Shown here: in pieces, positions 46,880-56,722 of the stretch | Layout: the number at the start of each line of letters is the position of its first letter | How positions within the stretch are numbered: position 1 is the stretch's first letter | DNA from: a virus | DNA length: 64,000 nucleotides | Direction: 5' to 3' (one strand) | IMG/VR virus record: IMGVR_UViG_3300023179_000096 | Coordinates: 5,935 to 69,934 of that record | The notes under the pieces: generated by a model | Seen by the model: only the letters and a program-made list of their open reading frames with translations | Database searches by the model: none | Told to the model about the DNA's origin: nothing | Position numbers and translations under genes: made by a program

Positions 46880-47620
46880 ATGCCTACGAACTTTTATTTT
46901 CAGTCCGGTGTGCCGGGTGGGCGAACATCCGAACAACTGCTTATGGAAGAAATTATTATAGAATGTCTAAAAATTTATGGTTTTGATGTTGAGTATATTT
47001 CTCGGCAAAGCGCAAGCCCTGATGAAATACTTAATGAAGATGTTTTAAATACCTACGAAGATGTTGTACCATTAGAAATGTATTTAAGTAACGTAACGGG
47101 ATTTGAAGGTGAGGGGGATCTTTTAACAAAATTTGGTGTTGAAATAAGAGACACCGCTACATTTATCTTATCTGTAAGAAGATGGGAAGAAGCGGTAGCG
47201 AGAAACATACACTCGACACTACTTACAAGACCTTCGGAAGGGGATGTTTTATATTTTCCGCTTACCCAATCTTATTTTGAAATAAGAAGAGTAGAGACTA
47301 GAGACCCGTTTTTTCAAGGCGGTCATTTATATGTTTACAAGCTAGAATGTGAACTGATGCAATTCTCTTCCGAGCGCTTCACTACAGGGGAAGGCGTAGA
47401 TGATCTTGCAAACTCCTACTCCCTTGATATGACGTCATATGAAATTTTACTTGAAAACGAAAAAGGTTTCCTATTAGAACATTACACCCCATCAAAACTT
47501 ATATTAGAAGAATTTAAGTTATCTGATATAGACCCCTCCGCACAAAACGATGCATTTAAGAAAGAAATAGATATTCTTGACTTCTCTGAACGCAATCCTT
47601 TCGGTGAAATAAATGCCTGA
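46880..47620 (+). CDS. 14: Neck protein gp14
   Basis: GFEGEGDLLTKFG, RPSEGD, DFSERNPFG. Confidence 0.93.
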   Translation: MPTNFYFQSGVPGGRTSEQLLMEEIIIECLKIYGFDVEYISRQSASPDEILNEDVLNTYEDVVPLEMYLSNVTGFEGEGDLLTKFGVEIRDTATFILSVRRWEEAVARNIHSTLLTRPSEGDVLYFPLTQSYFEIRRVETRDPFFQGGHLYVYKLECELMQFSSERFTTGEGVDDLANSYSLDMTSYEILLENEKGFLLEHYTPSKLILEEFKLSDIDPSAQNDAFKKEIDILDFSERNPFGEINA

Positions 47621-47640
47621 AAACATAAAGGAGAGCTAAA

Positions 47641-48393
47641 ATTTTACAACAAAAATTTTACTGGGGTACAATTCGCAAATCTATAGTGGCATTCGGTAAC
47701 CTTTTTAACAATATTCATATTGATAGGAGAGACTCTCAAGGAAATGTTGTTCAGACATTAAAGGTACCTTTATCATATGCACCACGCCAAAAATTCTTAG
47801 CCAGAATTGCGGCTGAACCTAACCTTCCTGAAGAAACATTTCAAACCATAATTCCTAGAATGGGTTTTGAAATGATAGGTATTACATATGATCCTAACAG
47901 AAGAGTTAGCTTAGTTCAACAGAATAGAGCTATAAACAATACTACTACCACATTAAATACGCAGTATGCCCCGTCACCCTATAACATTGATGTAAATCTG
48001 TACGCGTACACAAAAAATCAAGATGATGGGTTACAAATTATAGAACAAATACTCCCATATTTTAATCCTGATTTTAATCTTTCCATAAACGCAATACCAG
48101 CATTAAACATAAAAAATGATCTTCCAATTTTATTAAATAGTGTAAATTATGATGATGATTACGAGGGAGATTTTAGAAACAGACGTGCTATTATTTGGAC
48201 ACTTAATTTTACTCTTAAACTTAATTTCTTTGGTCCTATTAATAAGCAAGGTATAATTAGAACATCAATAGCTAATACATTTACAAATGAAGAATTAACT
48301 CAGCGTCTTCAACAATACAACGTTACCGTAGACCCTAATAACGCAATACCTGGAGATAATATTGACTTTGTAGAAACGTTTGAGGATTTCTAA
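47641..48393 (+). CDS. 15: Tail terminator/sheath stabiliser gp15, probable ATT start
   Basis: FYWGTIRKSIVAFGNLFN, VPLSYAP, QIIEQILPYF; AGGAG 47629-47633 then ATT 47641. Confidence 0.9.
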   Translation: MLQQKFYWGTIRKSIVAFGNLFNNIHIDRRDSQGNVVQTLKVPLSYAPRQKFLARIAAEPNLPEETFQTIIPRMGFEMIGITYDPNRRVSLVQQNRAINNTTTTLNTQYAPSPYNIDVNLYAYTKNQDDGLQIIEQILPYFNPDFNLSINAIPALNIKNDLPILLNSVNYDDDYEGDFRNRRAIIWTLNFTLKLNFFGPINKQGIIRTSIANTFTNEELTQRLQQYNVTVDPNNAIPGDNIDFVETFEDF

Positions 48394-48821
48394 TGAAAAT
48401 GGATGATAATTTGAATAAGCTATTTAATATTGAACCTATTCAAGAAATAAAAAAAGAAGATCTTCTTCCAATAGCAACCGTGGACAGCGTTGAACGCAAG
48501 GAAGATGATTTTGATCTTGCTCGCAATACCATGCGAAATCTAATTCATAAAAATGAAGCTGTATTAACTGATTTAGTAGATTTGGCTAGAAATTCTGAGA
48601 GTGCAAGAGCTTATGAAGTTGCGGGACAATTAATTAAGACACAAGCTGAAATGGCTAAAGATCTTATGACACTCCACAAACAAAAGAAAGATATAGACGG
48701 GGAAAGATCCGACAGTCAGCAAAATATTAAAACTCAAAATAACATAGTTTTTGCAGGATCAACAGCTGATCTAATGAAATTGATAGCATCTGAAAGAGCA
48801 AAAACAATTGACTCAAAATAA
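48393..48821 (+). CDS. 16: Terminase small subunit gp16
   Basis: ARAYEVAGQLIK, NNIVFAGSTADL. Confidence 0.92.
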   Translation: MKMDDNLNKLFNIEPIQEIKKEDLLPIATVDSVERKEDDFDLARNTMRNLIHKNEAVLTDLVDLARNSESARAYEVAGQLIKTQAEMAKDLMTLHKQKKDIDGERSDSQQNIKTQNNIVFAGSTADLMKLIASERAKTIDSK

Positions 48822-50469
48822 AAATTCCTATAATGGTAATAGATCTCTCAAGCAAATAGGTTTTGAGATTGAATATACTGTTGATGAAATCAAAGAAGTT
48901 TTAAAATGTAAAGATGATCCTATCTTCTTTATTAAAAAATATTGTAAAATAATATCGCTAGATAGCGAGCAGCTTGTACCGTTTGATCTTTTCCCATATC
49001 AAGAAAAATTTATTAATACACTTCAAGATAATAGAAGAGTAATAAGCATGCAACCCAGACAAATGGGTAAATCTCAAACTGTAGCTGCTTATATTCTTTG
49101 GTATACTCTATTTAATAACAATAAAACAGTAGCTATTTTAGCGCATAAATCAGATGCAGCTATGGAAATTTTATCCCGCTATCAATTAATGTATGAGAAC
49201 ATTCCTTTATGGATGCAACAAGGAATAAAAACTTGGAATAAAGGTGATGTGGAATTAGAAAATGGATCTTCTGTATTTACAGCTGCAACATCATCAGCAG
49301 GTATTCGTGGTAAATCAGTAAACTTATTATATGTAGATGAAGCGGCTATTATTCCTAACAATATAGCAGAAGCATTCTTCACATCTGTTTATCCTGTAGT
49401 TTCTGCAGGTGAGACTACAAAGATCGTACTTACGTCCACACCACTAGGTTACAACCATTTTTGGAAATTCTGGAATGACGCTGAAACCGGAACTAATGGT
49501 TTTAAAACTCTACGCGTGGAATACAACGAGCATCCAAAACGCGATGAAAAGTGGGCTGCAGAACAAAAGGCTATTCTTGGTGAACTAAAATTTAACCAAG
49601 AAGTACTATGTGCCTTTCTAGGTTCATCTAATACTCTCATAAGCCCCGATACAATTGCAAGACTCTCACCAAAACCATATGCATATTCAAAAGACGGTCT
49701 TGACATTATAGAAGAACCGGATAGAAAAAAAGCCTACTTTATAACTGTTGATACATCTCGGGGTGTTGGAGGAGATTACTCTGCATTTACAGTGGTTGAT
49801 ACAACCACTTATCCATTTTCAATAGTTGCTAAATATAGAGATAATAAAATTTCTCCTCTCCTATTCCCAACCATTATTCATAAAGTAGCTAAAGATTACA
49901 ATAACGCTTTTATTTTAGTAGAGATTAATGATATTGGACAACAAGTAGCAGATATTATTTACAATGAACTTGAATATGAAAACATGATTTGGGTAGGAAG
50001 TGACTCAAGATATGGGCAATATCTTTCTGGTTCAGGTAAGAATGCTAATCTTGGGGTAAGGACAACAAAACAGATTAAACGAATCGGGTGCGCTTCTTTA
50101 AAAACACTGGTTGAAAATAATAAACTTCTAGTGTTCGATAAAGATATTATTTCAGAATTCTCAACTTTTATTGAACATCATGGATCATTTGAAGCTGATG
50201 AAGGATATAACGACGATTTGACTATGACCCTTGTTCTATTTGCATGGGCTTCAAATGATCCTCTCTTCAAAGATTTAATGAATAGTAATAATCGAGAAGC
50301 CTTATTTAAGCAACAAATGATTAATATAGAAGAAGAACTTACTCCATTTGGATTTATAAATGATGGGTCGCCAGATGACTTTAAACCCGAAGTAATTGAT
50401 GGTGATCTTTGGTTAACTGAAAAATATCAAGGTGATTTAAAAGATTTTATCAAAGAACAGTCGTGGTAG
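48808..50469 (+). CDS. 17: Terminase large subunit gp17
   Basis: PRQMGKS (Walker A), LLYVDEAA (Walker B), STPLG, VDTSRGVGGDYS. Confidence 0.97.
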   Translation: MTQNKNSYNGNRSLKQIGFEIEYTVDEIKEVLKCKDDPIFFIKKYCKIISLDSEQLVPFDLFPYQEKFINTLQDNRRVISMQPRQMGKSQTVAAYILWYTLFNNNKTVAILAHKSDAAMEILSRYQLMYENIPLWMQQGIKTWNKGDVELENGSSVFTAATSSAGIRGKSVNLLYVDEAAIIPNNIAEAFFTSVYPVVSAGETTKIVLTSTPLGYNHFWKFWNDAETGTNGFKTLRVEYNEHPKRDEKWAAEQKAILGELKFNQEVLCAFLGSSNTLISPDTIARLSPKPYAYSKDGLDIIEEPDRKKAYFITVDTSRGVGGDYSAFTVVDTTTYPFSIVAKYRDNKISPLLFPTIIHKVAKDYNNAFILVEINDIGQQVADIIYNELEYENMIWVGSDSRYGQYLSGSGKNANLGVRTTKQIKRIGCASLKTLVENNKLLVFDKDIISEFSTFIEHHGSFEADEGYNDDLTMTLVLFAWASNDPLFKDLMNSNNREALFKQQMINIEEELTPFGFINDGSPDDFKPEVIDGDLWLTEKYQGDLKDFIKEQSW

Positions 50470-50486
50470 CTTAAAAATCTTGTATT

Positions 50487-50494
50487 TATAAATA
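50487..50494 (+). promoter_or_regulatory. T4 late promoter
   Basis: TATAAATA upstream of gp18. Confidence 0.8.
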
Positions 50495-50544
50495 TAGAAG
50501 TAGAGATTTTTGTTATGCACGAATAACATTATAAGGAGAATAAG

Positions 50545-52218
50545 ATGGCATTTCAGCTTTCACCAGGTGTGGTGGTAACAGAGAGAGACCTTACTGCGGT
50601 CGTTCCTGCGGTTGCTACTACAGCCGGCGGTTTTGCTGGCGCCTTCCAATGGGGACCCGTTGATCAGGTTGTTACTGTAGATTCGGAAAATCAGTTAGTA
50701 GAAAGATTTGGCAAACCAAACGATACCGTTTTCAAGTCATTCTTTACTGCAGCTAATTTTTTATCTTACGGTAATAATCTTCAAGTAATCCGCGTTGTGA
50801 ATAAAGCCACAGCAAAAAATTCAGCAGTCGTTTCCGCCAACGCTGTACTAATTACTAACGAAGATAATTATCTATTAACTTACGCAGACGGTTCTGGAAC
50901 ATTCGGAGAATTTGCTGCAAAGTACCCCGGAGTGCTAGGAAACTCTATTAAAGTTTCTGTAGCTGATGGTAACGTATATTCAGGCTGGGCTTATTCAGGT
51001 CAGTTTGATGCAGCCCCTAATACTTCTGACTATACCGCTGGGTTAGGCGGTTCCAATGACGAAATGCATATTATCGTTATTGATAATGACGGGTTATGGA
51101 CAGGGACTGCCGGCACAGTTCTAGAAAAATTTGCTTATGTTTCTAAGGCATCGGATGCTAAAAAAGCAGACGGTTCATCAGCATACTATAAAGACATTAT
51201 TAATAATTCATCTAAGTACCTATGGTGGGGTGATCACCCAACTATTGGTGCTAACTGGGGATCGTCAGCTAAAAGCGTTGCATTTGCTAACCTAGCCGCT
51301 AACGTTACAGTGACTTTAGCAGGTGGTGTTTCTGCTGATTCCCCCACCGATGGAAATATCACATCGGCACTGTCAGTTCTTTCTAATGATGAAAAATATG
51401 ATATCTCGCTGCTACCTCTAGGAGCCGCTTCTTCAACCGTTGTTACCTACGCCATTAATTCAGTAGCAGAAGTTCGAAAAGATTGCGTAGTATTCGCTTC
51501 GCCTGAACTTACCGATGTTTTAGATAACGTAGGTGATGAAGCAAACGATGTCGTATCTTTCCGTGAGTCATTACCGTCAAGTTCATACGCGGTTCTTGAT
51601 TCAGGTTGGAAATATCAGTACGACCGCTACAACGATGTGTATCGCTGGATCCCATTAAACGGGGATACTGCAGGTACAGCTGTCAGAACTGATTTTACTG
51701 CTGACCCTTGGTTCTCTCCCGCAGGCTTTAATCGCGGTCAAATTAAGAATGTAGTTAAGTTAGCTTACTCTCCATCTAAGACAGACCGTGATACTTTATA
51801 CAAGAAAGGTGTTAACCCTATAGTTTCATTCCCTGGGTTAGGCACTATTCTTTATGGTGATAAGACTCTTCTGTCGAAGCCCTCGGCATTTGATAGAATC
51901 AATGTTCGTCGCCTGTTTATAGTTCTTGAAAAAGCAATTGCTACAGCGGCTAAATATCAATTATTCGAATTTAACGATCCTTTCACTCGTGCTCAATTCC
52001 GTAATCTGGTCGAGCCATTCCTTAGAGACGTTCAAGGTCGCCGTGGTATTACTGATTTCAAGGTAGTATGTGATGAGTCTAATAACACAGGGGAAGTAGT
52101 AGATAGAAATGAATTCGTAGCTGATATCTATGTTAAACCTGCTCGCTCCATCAACTTCATTCAACTTAACTTCATCGCGACCCGTTCGGGAATCTCGTTT
52201 GAAGAAGTTGGCGCTTAA
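50545..52218 (+). CDS. 18: Tail sheath gp18
   Basis: QLSPGV, FQWGP, PWFSPAGFNRG, FDRINVRRLF. Confidence 0.97.
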   Translation: MAFQLSPGVVVTERDLTAVVPAVATTAGGFAGAFQWGPVDQVVTVDSENQLVERFGKPNDTVFKSFFTAANFLSYGNNLQVIRVVNKATAKNSAVVSANAVLITNEDNYLLTYADGSGTFGEFAAKYPGVLGNSIKVSVADGNVYSGWAYSGQFDAAPNTSDYTAGLGGSNDEMHIIVIDNDGLWTGTAGTVLEKFAYVSKASDAKKADGSSAYYKDIINNSSKYLWWGDHPTIGANWGSSAKSVAFANLAANVTVTLAGGVSADSPTDGNITSALSVLSNDEKYDISLLPLGAASSTVVTYAINSVAEVRKDCVVFASPELTDVLDNVGDEANDVVSFRESLPSSSYAVLDSGWKYQYDRYNDVYRWIPLNGDTAGTAVRTDFTADPWFSPAGFNRGQIKNVVKLAYSPSKTDRDTLYKKGVNPIVSFPGLGTILYGDKTLLSKPSAFDRINVRRLFIVLEKAIATAAKYQLFEFNDPFTRAQFRNLVEPFLRDVQGRRGITDFKVVCDESNNTGEVVDRNEFVADIYVKPARSINFIQLNFIATRSGISFEEVGA

Positions 52219-52237
52219 TAGATAAGGGAGAGAAAAA

Positions 52238-52819
52238 ATGACAACATTTAATGTAGAGCGTTTTAAATCAGCTCTTACTAACGGTGGTGCTCGCCCTAAT
52301 CAGTTTGCGGTTCAACTTTCGTTTCCAACGTACGTTGCATCGCAATCTATTGCAGTAGCTCGTGCTCCGTTTTTAGTAAGTATTGCAGAACTACCCGGTC
52401 AAACCGTTAACCCTGCTATTGTTCAATACCGCGGTCGCGAAGTAAAATTCGTAGGCGATCGTATTTTTGCACCCTGGACTATTACTGTATTAAACGATGC
52501 AGAAATGTCAATCCGTAACGCTGTTGAGCAATGGATGGGGGGAATGGAAGACAACGCAGCTAAATTCGGAAGATTACAACCTTCCGAATATCAACGCGAC
52601 CTAGATGTACTCCAGCTAGATCGTAATGGTAATATACTTAAATCTTATAAACTAGTTAATGCCTTCCCAGTTGATTTATCACCTGTAGGTTTAGATTTTG
52701 GTGCTAATGATCAAATTTCAACATTTCAAGTGACCTTTCAATATCAGCATTTTACAACTTCTTCTAATCCTCTAGGCGGTATAGTTAACTTTGGTGGTAT
52801 TTTTAACGGCATAGCTTAA
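52238..52819 (+). CDS. 19: Tail tube gp19
   Basis: GGARPNQF, GDRIFAPWTITVLND, QLDRNG. Confidence 0.95.
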   Translation: MTTFNVERFKSALTNGGARPNQFAVQLSFPTYVASQSIAVARAPFLVSIAELPGQTVNPAIVQYRGREVKFVGDRIFAPWTITVLNDAEMSIRNAVEQWMGGMEDNAAKFGRLQPSEYQRDLDVLQLDRNGNILKSYKLVNAFPVDLSPVGLDFGANDQISTFQVTFQYQHFTTSSNPLGGIVNFGGIFNGIA

Positions 52820-52834
52820 GACTAAAAGTATATT

Positions 52835-54412
52835 ATGGCGATTAATTTATTTGGCTTTACAATCGGGCGTGAAGATAAGCAACCGGAGTTAAAAAGGCAA
52901 TCTTTTATAACTCCGGTTTCAGAAGACGGTGCAAGTACCGTACAAGCCGGTGGATATTACGGTACTTATGTAGATATAGACGCATCAGCTCGGAATGAAT
53001 CCGAGCTGATTACTCGTTATCGTGAAATATCAAACTACCCTGATTGCGATAATGCTATTGAAGAAATTGTTTCTGATGCCATCGCTGCTGTAGACAGCGA
53101 GGCCCCCGTATATATAAATCTCGATGACCTTGAGCAGCCTAATAATATAAAAGAGGCTATAAGAGATGAGTTCGATGAGATCTTATCTCTTCTAGACTTT
53201 AAAGATAAAGCGCATGATATTTTTAGACGTTGGTATGTAGATGGGAGAGTTTACTATCAAAAAGTAATCAATCAATCTAAGCCTAAATTAGGAATACAAG
53301 AACTTAGATATATTGATCCTAGAAAGATTAGAAAAGTACGTGAAGTTAAGAAAGAACGTCTTAATGATACTGGGGTAGAAGTAGTAAAAGAAATAAATGA
53401 GTTTTTCATCTATAACGAAAAAGGACTTAACTACACTCCCGGTGTATCTCCTACAAACGGTAATCAGACAGGGTTAAGAATAGAAACCGATACTATCGCT
53501 TTTTGTCCTTCTGGTTTGCTAGATCTAGATCGTAATGTAATTGTAGGATATTTACATAAAGCAATTAAACCTGTAAATCAATTAAAGATGATGGCCGATT
53601 CTTTAGTAATTTATAGATTATCTAGAGCACCAGAAAGAAGAATATTTTATATTGATGTAGGTAATCTACCTAAAATCAAAGCCGAGCAGTACATGAAAGA
53701 CATAATGGCTAGATATCGTAATAAAATAGTTTATGATTCTGCCACTGGTGAAATTAAAGACGATCGTAAGTTTATGACCATGTTGGAAGATTTTTGGTTA
53801 CCTCGACGTGAAGGAGGTCGCGGAACAGAAATCACTACTCTCCCAGGTGGAGAAAATCTAGGTCAAATTGCTGATATAGAATATTTTCAAAATAAAGTAT
53901 ATCAATCTTTAAATGTACCGGTTTCTAGATTTCAGCAAGGCTCAGGATTTAATTTTGGAAGAGCAGCAGAAATTTCACGCGATGAATTAAAGTTTGCAAA
54001 ATTTATTTCTCGAATTCGCAGAAAATTTAATGTTTTATTTGACGATCTACTTGAAACTCAACTAGTCCTTAAGGGAATTATAACCCCTGAAGACTGGGTT
54101 GGAATGAAAGAAAAAATTAACTACGAGTATGCACAAGATCAATATTATGAAGAAATTAAAACTGCTGAAAATTTGCGCAACAGAATTGATGTGCTTAATC
54201 AAATGAGTCCATATGTTGGAGTATATTTTAGCAAAAACTATATTCGTAAGAACATTTTAAAGCTAACCGATCAAGAGATAGAACAAATAGAACAAGAGAA
54301 CGAAAAAGATCCTGATTCTATTCCAGGAGGTGCTCCTGGTTCACTGCAAGCAAGCGAATTGTCAAGAGAATTACAAGGCAATCCAACTGCAGATCAACAG
54401 TTACAGCGATAA
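52835..54412 (+). CDS. 20: Portal protein gp20
   Basis: YRLSRAPERRIFYIDVGNLP, EDFWLPRREGGRGTEITTLPGG. Confidence 0.98.
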   Translation: MAINLFGFTIGREDKQPELKRQSFITPVSEDGASTVQAGGYYGTYVDIDASARNESELITRYREISNYPDCDNAIEEIVSDAIAAVDSEAPVYINLDDLEQPNNIKEAIRDEFDEILSLLDFKDKAHDIFRRWYVDGRVYYQKVINQSKPKLGIQELRYIDPRKIRKVREVKKERLNDTGVEVVKEINEFFIYNEKGLNYTPGVSPTNGNQTGLRIETDTIAFCPSGLLDLDRNVIVGYLHKAIKPVNQLKMMADSLVIYRLSRAPERRIFYIDVGNLPKIKAEQYMKDIMARYRNKIVYDSATGEIKDDRKFMTMLEDFWLPRREGGRGTEITTLPGGENLGQIADIEYFQNKVYQSLNVPVSRFQQGSGFNFGRAAEISRDELKFAKFISRIRRKFNVLFDDLLETQLVLKGIITPEDWVGMKEKINYEYAQDQYYEEIKTAENLRNRIDVLNQMSPYVGVYFSKNYIRKNILKLTDQEIEQIEQENEKDPDSIPGGAPGSLQASELSRELQGNPTADQQLQR

Positions 54413-54439
54413 TAAATATTACATTATTCGGAGAAAAGA

Positions 54440-54634
54440 ATGGAAAACATACAAGTTTCAAGCTTAATTGATAAAATTATTGCAGGGGATAGTGTCTCAG
54501 CTAAAGAAGATTTTGATGCTCTTTTAGCTAATAAAGTAACCGCTGCATTAGAGGTAAGAAAACAAGAAATAGCACAGTCACTTTATGTAGATCAAGTATC
54601 TAACACAGAGGAAGAATCTGAAGAAAATGTCTAA
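54440..54634 (+). CDS. Prohead core protein-like (gp67-like)
   Basis: Small acidic ORF after the portal gene; AATAAATA at 54411 and GGAG RBS. Confidence 0.6.
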   Translation: MENIQVSSLIDKIIAGDSVSAKEDFDALLANKVTAALEVRKQEIAQSLYVDQVSNTEEESEENV

Positions 54635-55649
54635 TTTAAAAGAGACCAAATCAGCACCTAAGGGTTTTCATTTTACTAAAGATGGTAAACTTAAAAGAGG
54701 TGATGCAGATAGGGATGGGCCAGGCGGCCCTATGTTTCGTTCTGACCCTCTCGACAAGCAGCGCTCCAAAGTTCCTCCTGTTTCAGAAGCTACTTCTCGT
54801 GCCCAGCAAGCAGCGATAGCTATTGCTTTACAGAAAGCAGGAAAAAAACCAAAAAACGAAAGTACATTTAAAAACTTTAGAAATAGTTTAGAAGAAAAAA
54901 CTCTAACCCCTGCAGAAAAGAAAAAACGTGAAGAGGTTGCTAAAGCTATTGAGCGAGAGAATCCAAACATGCCTATGGGTATGAAAATGGCTATAGCTAC
55001 TAAGACGGCTAAAAGAGTTGCAGAAGACTCTGAAGTTATAGGGGAAGTATCTTCTAAAATGGCTTTATCTTATTCTAAAGCCGCTCAACAAGACATGGCC
55101 AACAGTGCCTCGCTCGCTAAACTTTCTAGAATTAGCAAAGGTCCAGGTAGTGAAGAAGAAAAAAAGCATGAATTTGAAGGACAGCGCCGGGAAAAAGGTC
55201 TTGAGATGGCGATGAAAAAAATTAAAGAAGATATAGATGAAGAAGGTAAAATGGCGAGAGGTCAATTAATGCGTATGGCTAATCAAGCCTCTGCTCTTGC
55301 TCAAATGATGGATGATGATAAGCAGTTGGACGGCTGGGTACAATCTAAGCTTACTATGGCATCCGATTATCTTGATTCTGTTCATGATTACCTTATGCAT
55401 AATAAGCAAGATGTAGATGAAATGGATGAAGAGACCCATTTTTGTGCTAAGCATGTCTACTCATCTATGCTTGGAGAAGGTATAGTATTAGAAGCCCAGC
55501 ATGCTGATCCGGATGAATATGGAGATATTGAATGGTATCTAGTTGAGTTTAAAAATGGAATCCATAAAGTTTACACTGAAGATTTGCAAATAATGGTTGC
55601 AGAATATCACGGTAATCATAAAAAGAAAAAGAGAATGACAAATGGCTGA
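54627..55649 (+). CDS. Mosaic putative internal head protein
   Basis: Lies between portal and protease; modules separated by (L/I/V/M)xE sites. Confidence 0.6.
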   Translation: MSNLKETKSAPKGFHFTKDGKLKRGDADRDGPGGPMFRSDPLDKQRSKVPPVSEATSRAQQAAIAIALQKAGKKPKNESTFKNFRNSLEEKTLTPAEKKKREEVAKAIERENPNMPMGMKMAIATKTAKRVAEDSEVIGEVSSKMALSYSKAAQQDMANSASLAKLSRISKGPGSEEEKKHEFEGQRREKGLEMAMKKIKEDIDEEGKMARGQLMRMANQASALAQMMDDDKQLDGWVQSKLTMASDYLDSVHDYLMHNKQDVDEMDEETHFCAKHVYSSMLGEGIVLEAQHADPDEYGDIEWYLVEFKNGIHKVYTEDLQIMVAEYHGNHKKKKRMTNG

Positions 55650-56031
55650 TAAAAGAATATTAAAAGTAACAGCTAGACAAGCCGCTGTAGCTGTGGTGGG
55701 TACCGGCACCGCTACCATTAGTGTTTACGATCTAATACATACCCGTCAAACTATCGACGCAGCTAACGTTGTACTTACTATTTCTGATATTGCATATGAT
55801 GTTGGTAATTCAGCTAATATTAAAAGAGGTGGTAATTTAGTGTTCGCGGCTAGCGCAGGATCTGGTGAGCATAATTTTACTGATAATATGGGGTTAGTTC
55901 TAAATGATAAACAATCATCTAACGTAGATGTAAATTTAGGAGCTGTAGAAGGCACTATGGTAATTCAGTTTACCAAGGGCGATGGCTACCTAGACCCCGA
56001 TAGACAAAATCAAGGACCAGGTTCACTATGA
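55642..56031 (+). CDS. Hypothetical head-region protein
   Basis: Coupled to the neighbouring genes; beta-rich. Confidence 0.7.
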   Translation: MADKRILKVTARQAAVAVVGTGTATISVYDLIHTRQTIDAANVVLTISDIAYDVGNSANIKRGGNLVFAASAGSGEHNFTDNMGLVLNDKQSSNVDVNLGAVEGTMVIQFTKGDGYLDPDRQNQGPGSL

Positions 56032-56672
56032 AATTAATAAAAGAAATTTCACAAGACCTTAACTATCTTACCGAAGCTAATGAAAATGGTAAGAAAGGTA
56101 TCTATATCGAAGGCATTTTTATGCAAGCCGATAAAGAAAATAAAAATGGTCGAATCTACCCCAAGCGTATTATGGAAACTGAACTAGGTAGATATCAAAA
56201 CCTTATTAAGGAAAAAAGATCCTTAGGTGAGTTAGGCCATCCTCCTAACCCCGCTATCAATTTAAATCAAGTCTCACACCTTATAACTAGTTTAAAATTT
56301 GAAGGTAATGACATTATAGGTAAAGCTAAAATTTTAGATACTCCTATGGGAAAAATCGCTCAAAATTTTATTGAAGAAGGTGTAAGATTAGGAGTATCTT
56401 CACGCGGTTTAGGTTCTTTAAAAGAAAGAAATGGTGTTAACGAAGTTCAAGATGACTTTCATCTAGCCACAGTTGACATAGTAGCTGACCCGTCAGCTCC
56501 TGATGCTTTTGTGCAAGGAATAATGGAATCAGCAGAATGGATTTTAGAGAACGGTGTGTGGAAATCAATTGATGTTGAAAGCGCACAAAATACTATTAGA
56601 AAAGCCTCAAAAATTAATTTACATGAAGCTAAATTAAAAATATTTGAGCAATTCTTAGGTAGTATCAAATAA
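56028..56672 (+). CDS. 21: Prohead protease gp21
   Basis: NKNGRIYP, GELGHP, GVSSRGLGS, DIVADPSAPDA. Confidence 0.97.
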   Translation: MKLIKEISQDLNYLTEANENGKKGIYIEGIFMQADKENKNGRIYPKRIMETELGRYQNLIKEKRSLGELGHPPNPAINLNQVSHLITSLKFEGNDIIGKAKILDTPMGKIAQNFIEEGVRLGVSSRGLGSLKERNGVNEVQDDFHLATVDIVADPSAPDAFVQGIMESAEWILENGVWKSIDVESAQNTIRKASKINLHEAKLKIFEQFLGSIK

Positions 56673-56680
56673 TTCAACCT

Positions 56681-56688
56681 TATAAATA
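56681..56688 (+). promoter_or_regulatory. T4 late promoter
   Basis: TATAAATA upstream of gp22. Confidence 0.8.
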
Positions 56689-56722
56689 TTAACGTTAAAC
56701 AAAACCTCTTAGGAGAATACGG

